DNA from: a virus
Taxonomy: Duplodnaviria; Caudoviricetes
Length of the DNA stretch: 25,531 bases
Direction: 5' to 3' (one strand)
IMG/VR virus record: IMGVR_UViG_3300043395_000340
Coordinates: 1 to 25,531 of that record
Positions 20,301 to 25,531 of this stretch are shown here, piece by piece (within the stretch, counting starts at the first letter, position 1; the number at the start of each line of letters is the position of its first letter). Position numbers and translations under genes: made by a program. The notes beneath the pieces were generated by a model. It was not told the origin of the DNA. It made no database searches and worked only from the letters and a program-made list of their open reading frames with translations.

Positions 20301-21416
20301 GAAAGCTGAATTATCAGCAACCGTTAAATAATCTCCACTACCATCAAAATAATTACTATAATAACCATTCTGATATGGATTAAATTTTGTTGCCACTGGT
20401 TGACCAACAACAATTAAGGATGTATTGTTACCACTTGCATCATTAATGAATGTTGTTGATGATGTTTCACCATTTAATAACAAAACAGTATTTTTCCAAT
20501 ATGTATCTGTTGCAGCAGTAACTTCCCAATAGAATGTTCTACTTGATGTTCTGTTTGTTACTGCAGCTGTGGCGGTAATTACACTGGTGGTGTTACCAAC
20601 AACGGTTGGAGTTCCCGAAATGGTATCACTACTTAATGTTACACCTGTTGGTAGTGCATTTGCTGAATAAGAAATAGATTTTCCTGCAGCACTTGAAGCA
20701 CTCAATGTAACAGGAGTCATAGAAACATTTGCAGATAATGTTGTAGTTGATCCATCAGCTGGTGAAGACCATGTCACAACATCAGGATTGATTGTTATAC
20801 TGAATGCTCTATCTGTGTCCTGATTCTCTGAATCGGTTGCACGAATTGTGAAATTGTATGTTGTTGAACTGTCTGTCGCTTGTGTTGTTCCTGAAATTAA
20901 ACCTGTTGAAGTGTTCAATGAACTTCCTGGAGGTAATGTTCCTGAATACAAACTATATGAAATTGTTCCATCACCTGTTGCGGTTACGGTATTGCTTGCA
21001 GCTGCGGTTTCATATAGTGTGGCAATACTGCCGGCCGAGGTGCTCCACGAAGGTGTTCCACTATAACTAATACCAGGAACGGAGATTGCTGTGCCGCCAT
21101 CCGTATTGATAACATACAATGGATATGTTCCACTGTTGTTTGCTGGTGAAGTAAATGTTATGGTTGTGCTATCTACCACAGTAACAACACCAGCATACGA
21201 TCCATTAATTAAAACAGTTGCACCTGAACTAAAACCACTACCATTTATAGTGATTGTTTGTCCGCCATCCACTGATGCGGCCGTGTCATCTCCAGGATAA
21301 TCTATACTGGAAATTTTGGGAACAGAAGATGGAATAATATTTGTTGTGGATATAATTGTGCTTACAACATTTGTAAGTGCATTTGCTTTTATACTTGTTA
21401 AATTTGTTGTTGCCAT
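17337..21416 (-). CDS. Multi-domain adhesin-like protein: IPT/TIG + Ig-like + five LamG/concanavalin-A-like domains
   Basis: 1359 aa. It has an IPT-like GGQTITINGSGF, Ig-like LPPGSSLNTSTGLISGT and LPTGVTLSSDTISGTP segments, and five units of the form YFDGSGDYL...DFTVExW...WYHxA...LFVNG...GYISxxR. Confidence 0.85.
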   Translation of the reverse strand: MATTNLTSIKANALTNVVSTIISTTNIIPSSVPKISSIDYPGDDTAASVDGGQTITINGSGFSSGATVLINGSYAGVVTVVDSTTITFTSPANNSGTYPLYVINTDGGTAISVPGISYSGTPSWSTSAGSIATLYETAAASNTVTATGDGTISYSLYSGTLPPGSSLNTSTGLISGTTQATDSSTTYNFTIRATDSENQDTDRAFSITINPDVVTWSSPADGSTTTLSANVSMTPVTLSASSAAGKSISYSANALPTGVTLSSDTISGTPTVVGNTTSVITATAAVTNRTSSRTFYWEVTAATDTYWKNTVLLLNGETSSTTFINDASGNNTSLIVVGQPVATKFNPYQNGYYSNYFDGSGDYLTVADNSAFEISGDFTVEAWFYATALPSAGNYGDIVTKGASGIYQPYYFFVNSSGALLFYSSSNGSSWDVSSATNLGTVSVNRWYHVAVSRQGTALRLFLDGSLITTITNGSSLYNNSTAVAVGARSDGTETFSGYISNVRIVNGSAVYTSAFTPPTTPLTAITNTSLLICQSNRLIDKSSNAFTVTKNGDVTVTQVQPFAVSNDYGGAYFASTSDYTQYTGSTAQVFGTGDFTVECWIYATNPGSTTGHNISRPGTLTNTWSLQTYNNAMAWLFGSTTLGTGAIPVNAWSHLCVSRVSGVTKGFVNGVQVFSVSDTNNYSASPTRPIGPGAGGSAVFYLSDFRVVVGSGVTSVTVPTEPRATDSNTKLLTHQYKDNVTNQNVYDSGMFNHIITRYGNASATSFSPYSPTGWSNYFDGSGDYLSVPTSGNQLDATGDFTTEMWIYWNSMPTTGYQNISGQGAAGQNSYGLLAGNASSDTWSAPYKFKLNIANVGDVLNGDTTLVAGQWYHLAHTRTSGVNRLFVNGVLQTNTYTDSTSRGFAGNPFTIGNNSNCFISNFRYIKGTSLYTTTFTPPTSTLTAVANTQLLTCQSNRFIDNSTNSLTITKNGDTSVQSFSPFSSGTSYSPSTHSGSIYLDGSGDYLTLPTSQAFGFGSGDFTVDFWVYPLATSRQDWLDITDGTTRVLIYYSGSAITFYTVPNNAAAITGPALVTKQWYHIALSKNGVNTKLFVNGLQVGTTYGTNQTYGTTLPITIGKDSAGSTYVTGYISDVRVTKGLAIYTANTTPPTAAVSNYSINYPASSLLRFEGGMLDKHSSIGFETLNNAQLSTAVKKYGKSSMYFDGNGDRLVIPYTPLLSQTGPYTVEFWFYPTNSYSGQYLFGRNAGNYFNIAWNGSVLLVDKHGVGIQITGSTTISLNTWNHCAMTYDGTNTKLWVNGVLDGSVSGTGGESSAVTTIGYYEASGTSSFYGYIDDFRFTKGVARYSSNFTPPEELKVK

Positions 21417-22171
21417 TATAGTTCGATTACCTTCCAGCCGTATGTGCTATTGCTATATATTAGACCAAAACTACTTTGATCCACATTCACCAACAAATCG
21501 TTTGTGTTTCCTTGTATCTTGTGCGAATTTCTATTAATAGTTAAATTGTTTGCACTGAATGTTCCAGCTAAATCATTAATTCTAATTGTATCACCTAATG
21601 TTGCACTATTAGGAAGTGTCATTGTTATTTGGCCAACTGTTGTATCTACAAAATAACCACTGTTTGCAACCATAGTTGTATTTGCGTTTGCTACATACCA
21701 AGTTAATGATGAACCACCACTACCTCCACCACCGGACAATGTTGTCACTTCAATGAATGCTGTATTTGGCGGTGTTGAATCAAATGTTAATATGGTTCCG
21801 GAAACATTATATGTTGATTTGGGTTGCAATACACCTTGAACAGCAACAAATGTTATATTTTTATCTAATGGAGTTGTTGATAGTGTGAATGTTGTTGTGC
21901 TACCATTTGCAGTAAATGTGTCAACTGTTCCACTTAAAGTTCCACCACTACTAAGAATAGTGTTTGCAGCATCAAAGGCTGCATTAGCTTGTTCTCTGGC
22001 CCATGAATCTGCGCTACCCGTGTTTGCTTGAGCGTAAGCCGCATTTGCTCTTTCGAAAGCTGCATTGGCGAAATTGGCCGCCGAGTTAGCGGTTACAAAT
22101 GCACCATTGGCAAATGAACCGGCTAACCTAGTGTCCTTGTTTCCTTGGTTGCCAATGTAAGTAAACTGCAT
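21416..22171 (-). CDS. Tail-fibre backbone/branch protein
   Basis: 251 aa. It has an N-terminal YIGNQ, ANSA repeats, an AVQGVLQP...YNVSGTILTFDSTPP module, and a C-terminal YFVDTT...TLPNSATLGDTI...YGW domain resembling T4 gp34 N-terminal repeats. Confidence 0.75.
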   Translation of the reverse strand: MQFTYIGNQGNKDTRLAGSFANGAFVTANSAANFANAAFERANAAYAQANTGSADSWAREQANAAFDAANTILSSGGTLSGTVDTFTANGSTTTFTLSTTPLDKNITFVAVQGVLQPKSTYNVSGTILTFDSTPPNTAFIEVTTLSGGGGSGGSSLTWYVANANTTMVANSGYFVDTTVGQITMTLPNSATLGDTIRINDLAGTFSANNLTINRNSHKIQGNTNDLLVNVDQSSFGLIYSNSTYGWKVIEL

Positions 22172-22172
22172 T

Positions 22173-22499
22173 TTATGTTATTTCCAATAAACTTAAAATA
22201 ACATCTGCAGCCGAAGCATCACTAGTTGAAACTTTGATAACATCGTTGGCTTCTAATATTAATTTCTGTTCACCACCAATGGTAATTAGAGAATTTCCAG
22301 GATCAATTGGTGCCATCTTAACCATATAATAGTCGTTACCACCTGATGTTAATATGACATTTGCTGTTATAGATGTATTCAATATGTTTGCAATTGTCAT
22401 ACCAATTACTGTGGCCGTTACACCCGAACCAGCAGTATAAATCGTAGTTGGTGATGTTCCGACTGCCGCTTGTAGTTGATTTTTAAAAGTATTTGCCAT
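22173..22499 (-). CDS. Small beta-rich adaptor-like protein (paralogue 1)
   Basis: 108 aa, MANTFKN...TTIYTAGS...TVIGMTIAN...KLILEANDVIKV...VILSLLEIT. SD-like GAGGA/AAGGA upstream. Confidence 0.7.
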   Translation of the reverse strand: MANTFKNQLQAAVGTSPTTIYTAGSGVTATVIGMTIANILNTSITANVILTSGGNDYYMVKMAPIDPGNSLITIGGEQKLILEANDVIKVSTSDASAADVILSLLEIT

Positions 22500-22518
22500 T
22501 TAAATTTCCTTAATCCTC

Positions 22519-22526
22519 TATTTATT
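22519..22526 (-). promoter_or_regulatory. Possible late promoter (AATAAATA)
   Basis: One mismatch to TATAAATA, in the 30-bp intergenic gap upstream of 22499. The AT-rich background lowers specificity. Confidence 0.4.
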
Positions 22527-22529
22527 TCA

Positions 22530-23522
22530 TCAACTAAAAGCGATAGTAAATGCAATGATTTCGGAGTTTACATCTAGTGCAGTGGTGCCCGTATTTGCTT
22601 TTGCATATGCTGCAGCTGCATGGGTGTATGCAATGTTGGCTTCTGAGAAGGCACCATTTGCAAATGAGGCTGCCGAATTGGCTGTTATGAAGGCAGCATT
22701 AGCGAAAGATGCTGTGGTATTTTGTGCAGTGTAGGATGCGTTAGCAGTTACAAAAGCTCCATTGGCAAAAGATGCACCAGAGTTTGCAACACCATAGCCG
22801 GAGTTTGCTCTGTCGAAAGCACCATTTGCAAATGAGGCTGCTGAGTTGGCTTTATCAAAAGCAGCCTGTGCAGAAGTTCTGGCAGTTGTATCTACTGTGC
22901 CACCTCCACCACCAGATAACAAATCACTACCTACACCTGCTGATGCGGCTGTCAAATCAATGTAAGCACCTCTAGCAGAACCACCTTGTTCAAAGAAACG
23001 AAGTCTGTTTTGCCACACATCAATCGTTACGCCTGTGCCATTCAAAGTCGTATTGCTAACAGCTTTACCTAAAAGAATTTCACCGCCTTCATCACCACCA
23101 ATTGGCAATACTGTTAATTTACCACCACTACCAATTAATAAATCACCATCAAATGTTGTTCCACTTGTATTTGCAAGTGCGTTGTTTGCTTTGTTGAATG
23201 ATGCGTTTGCTTTAGCAAAGGCACTAGGATCACCACTTGAATTGATTGTGATTGTTTTTGTGGTGGTATTTGTGCTGATGGTTATGTTATCACCAGCAAC
23301 AAACGACAATGTATCTGTGGTTCCGGTAGCAAGTATTAATGAACCATTTGAATTGATGGTATCAAATGTCGATTGGTTGGAAATGTATGATGTTCCACCA
23401 AGACTGTTTTTATAATACAGTTTACCATCGGCATAGTTGAGAGCAACTTCACCAAAAGCCAATCCTGATGGTGTGTTGCCCGATGCGCCTGATTTTTTTA
23501 ACTGTATTGCTGTGTTTGACAT
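22530..23522 (-). CDS. Tail-fibre backbone protein with an Mtd_N/hyaluronidase-N-like N-terminus
   Basis: 330 aa. It has IQLKKSG...PSGLAFGEVALNYADGKLYYK, a GGDEGGEI module, a block of ANSA repeats and a hydrophobic C-terminus EIIAFTIAFS. Confidence 0.75.
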   Translation of the reverse strand: MSNTAIQLKKSGASGNTPSGLAFGEVALNYADGKLYYKNSLGGTSYISNQSTFDTINSNGSLILATGTTDTLSFVAGDNITISTNTTTKTITINSSGDPSAFAKANASFNKANNALANTSGTTFDGDLLIGSGGKLTVLPIGGDEGGEILLGKAVSNTTLNGTGVTIDVWQNRLRFFEQGGSARGAYIDLTAASAGVGSDLLSGGGGGTVDTTARTSAQAAFDKANSAASFANGAFDRANSGYGVANSGASFANGAFVTANASYTAQNTTASFANAAFITANSAASFANGAFSEANIAYTHAAAAYAKANTGTTALDVNSEIIAFTIAFS

Positions 23523-23526
23523 TTAC

Positions 23527-24219
23527 TTAAAACGTTCCGCCGTCCTTGAGTACACCACCTTCTACATCAACCAATGTTGTTACGATTGATTGTGTAGAAT
23601 CTTTTAGTTGTTCATCAATTTTTTTTCTTTTGGCAGGAGATAGTTGTAAGTATTCAATTTTTTCGAGTAGTTCACCAATCTTATTATTAAGGTCAGCCTT
23701 CTCTGTCTCATGTTTTTGGATTAATTGACCGACATATTTCTCATGTTCAGTATTAATACCAGAAATTTTACCATTTGTCTCAGCAGTCAATGAGTTGATT
23801 CTAGTTTCAAGTTCAGTTCGAACCCTATTAGTTTCTTCTCGAGCTCTAATCAATTCACCTTTAAAGGTTTCAACATGATTTGCTTGATTTTTAACACTGT
23901 CGTAATCACGAAATTTATTAATCAAATCATCATGTTCTTGTCTTTGGCTGGTCAATTTATTTTCCAACTCAGAAACTTTAGACTTTAAATCATTTATTGT
24001 ATTATTTTCATTTGTGGTGTTGGTGTTTTTTAAATCCTGAACCAAATTGTGTAAATCAGAATTTACTTTCAACAACTCCTCAATTTTTTCACCTTGTTCT
24101 TTGACAACTTCATCAGTTATTTTTGCATTTGCTTGCATTGAGACATTTCGAATAACACAATCTGTCATTGTGGTCGTTAATGTCTCAATGTAATAATTCA
24201 AATACTTTTCATTTCCCAT
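23527..24219 (-). CDS. Charged coiled-coil protein ending in DGGTF
   Basis: 230 aa, E/K/L/N-rich heptads, with a clear SD (AGGAG) upstream. Confidence 0.7.
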   Translation of the reverse strand: MGNEKYLNYYIETLTTTMTDCVIRNVSMQANAKITDEVVKEQGEKIEELLKVNSDLHNLVQDLKNTNTTNENNTINDLKSKVSELENKLTSQRQEHDDLINKFRDYDSVKNQANHVETFKGELIRAREETNRVRTELETRINSLTAETNGKISGINTEHEKYVGQLIQKHETEKADLNNKIGELLEKIEYLQLSPAKRKKIDEQLKDSTQSIVTTLVDVEGGVLKDGGTF

Positions 24220-24268
24220 TTCAAACTCCTATCATATAGAAAAAAAACATTTACATTATATAGTCAGC

Positions 24269-25531
24269 TTAGAATTGACCTCCGTCCAATGTGGATGTCC
24301 AAACAGGAACACCAGCATTAGTTGTTGTAAGAATTTGATTAGACCATGTTTGGTCGGCAGAACCTGCAGCAGCTGTAACAGACAATGCATTTGTTCCATC
24401 GCCGTATACGATACCTTTTGCGGTGAATGTTGATGCGCCAGTACCACCTTGTGCTACGGTTAGACCAGAAATGTCTGCTGCTGTTGCCGCAGTCACACGA
24501 CCATACGCATCGACAGTTAACGATGTAATTGTCTTAGCAGCACCAAGTGTTCCTGTTAATGTGTAAGTTGTATTAGCAAGTGTGCTGATTGCACCTGTGC
24601 CTGAACCAACCAACAATGCACCAGAAGTGAATGTAGAAGCACCAGTACCACCTTGTGCAACTGATAGTCCAGAAATTTCTTGTTGTGTGAATCCTGTTAC
24701 ACGACCCCAAACATCTGTTGTGAAACTGTTAACTGTATTTGAAGCTGCAACTGTTGCACTTACTGCTGTTACGTTTGCAAGTTGTTGTAAGGCGCCTGTT
24801 CCGTTACCAATAACAACTTGACCAGCAGTAAATGTTGATGCACCAGTACCACCTTGACCAACAGTCAAACCAGAAATATTGGCAAATGTTGCATCAGTCA
24901 GACGACCATATGCATCAACAGTGATTGATGTGATTGTTTTTCCTGCACCTTCTGAACCAGTCTTGGTGAATGTGGAGTTTGCCAGTGTTTTCAATGAGTT
25001 CGAACCATCACCAACAAGGATTGCACCAGCAGTGAATGAACTTGCACCAGTACCACCATTGGCAACTGTCAAGTCATCTGTCAAATTCAGTGTTTTAATT
25101 GTTGCAGTTCCAGCAACATTCAATGTTCCAACTTCTAGTGTTGCAACATTAGACCATGCGGATACTAAGTTTGCATGTAAGTTTGCAACATTGAAACCGT
25201 TTTGTGTGATATCAATAACGTTTGAATCTGGTTCAACATTATATCCATCGAAAATGTAGAAATCTTTATCGCCAGCATGACGAATCAAACCAGCATGTAG
25301 GTTTGCAGAACCGTTATTGTAGTTACCAACGAAACCAATATCAACAACATCTGATGTATAGTTGTTGCCAGCCAAATACAATAGTGGGTCAGAAACTTCA
25401 AGTGTTGCGGTTGTAATTGTTGTTTGTGTTCCAAGAACGGTCAAGTTACCGCTAATCTGAATGTCACCATCAATTATTTGATTTGCACTGGCAGTATTTG
25501 CACGAACAACTGTTGTGTCAACACCAAAAGA
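24269..25531 (-). CDS. Tail-fibre shaft protein, 3' part (start lies beyond the right edge)
   Basis: The frame stays open upstream of the listed TTG (…SFGVDTTVVRANTASANQIIDGDIQISGNLTVLG…). It carries 67-68-aa repeats GGTGASTFT...TVDAYGRVT and ends in TLDGGQF. Confidence 0.8.
   Translation of the reverse strand, partial: SFGVDTTVVRANTASANQIIDGDIQISGNLTVLGTQTTITTATLEVSDPLLYLAGNNYTSDVVDIGFVGNYNNGSANLHAGLIRHAGDKDFYIFDGYNVEPDSNVIDITQNGFNVANLHANLVSAWSNVATLEVGTLNVAGTATIKTLNLTDDLTVANGGTGASSFTAGAILVGDGSNSLKTLANSTFTKTGSEGAGKTITSITVDAYGRLTDATFANISGLTVGQGGTGASTFTAGQVVIGNGTGALQQLANVTAVSATVAASNTVNSFTTDVWGRVTGFTQQEISGLSVAQGGTGASTFTSGALLVGSGTGAISTLANTTYTLTGTLGAAKTITSLTVDAYGRVTAATAADISGLTVAQGGTGASTFTAKGIVYGDGTNALSVTAAAGSADQTWSNQILTTTNAGVPVWTSTLDGGQF
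24436..25057 (-). repeat. ~204-bp tandem repeat in the fibre shaft
   Basis: The anchor c(a/g)ccagtaccacc occurs at 25045, 24841, 24640 and 24436, giving spacings of 204, 201 and 204 bp. Confidence 0.85.

Noticed and set aside
6272-23522. Diversity-generating retroelement acting on the tips (prompted by the Mtd_N-like domain and Asn-rich repeats)
   Set aside because: I saw no reverse transcriptase and no template/variable repeat pair differing only at adenines. A DGR outside the window cannot be excluded.
24220-24268. TATAAT and a T-run upstream of the coiled-coil gene as a sigma70 promoter or terminator
   Set aside because: There is no properly spaced -35 element and no GC-rich stem before the T-run.
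744-24271. No TAG among 21 gene stops (17 TAA, 4 TGA), suggesting TAG recoding
   Set aside because: All genes are intact under the standard code with no in-frame TAG. TAG scarcity is ordinary in AT-rich phages.
14145-25416. Many plus-strand ORFs of 60-130 aa (e.g. 16396-16677, 16909-17133, 23035-23415, 24879-25259)
   Set aside because: They are antisense shadows of Ala/Gly/Thr/Asn-rich codons in real minus-strand genes, with no independent RBS or protein-like features.

Overview
The window is part of the late (virion-structure) region of a large, AT-rich T4-like myovirus. All 22 credible genes lie on the minus strand, tightly packed or overlapping. In transcription order (right to left) there is a ~19.6 kb cluster of 16 tail-fibre, adaptor, receptor-binding and chaperone-like genes (5909-25531). 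It is followed by the T4 core block gp13, gp14, gp15, an inserted gp9-N-terminus/beta-propeller gene, gp16 and the 5' part of gp17. The most striking pattern is that the fibre cluster looks like a modular plug-and-socket branched fibre tree. Four backbone proteins share a 14-aa ANSAASFANGAFxx repeat. Three paralogous ~110-120-aa adaptor-like proteins each follow a gene ending in a short hydrophobic peptide. Four unrelated tip proteins (5x LamG, two beta-propeller types, Gly-rich) end the branches, and the gene order reads like a depth-first traversal of the tree. Family names were recognised by eye from motifs, with no database search. I found no tRNA, CRISPR, reverse transcriptase or mobile element.
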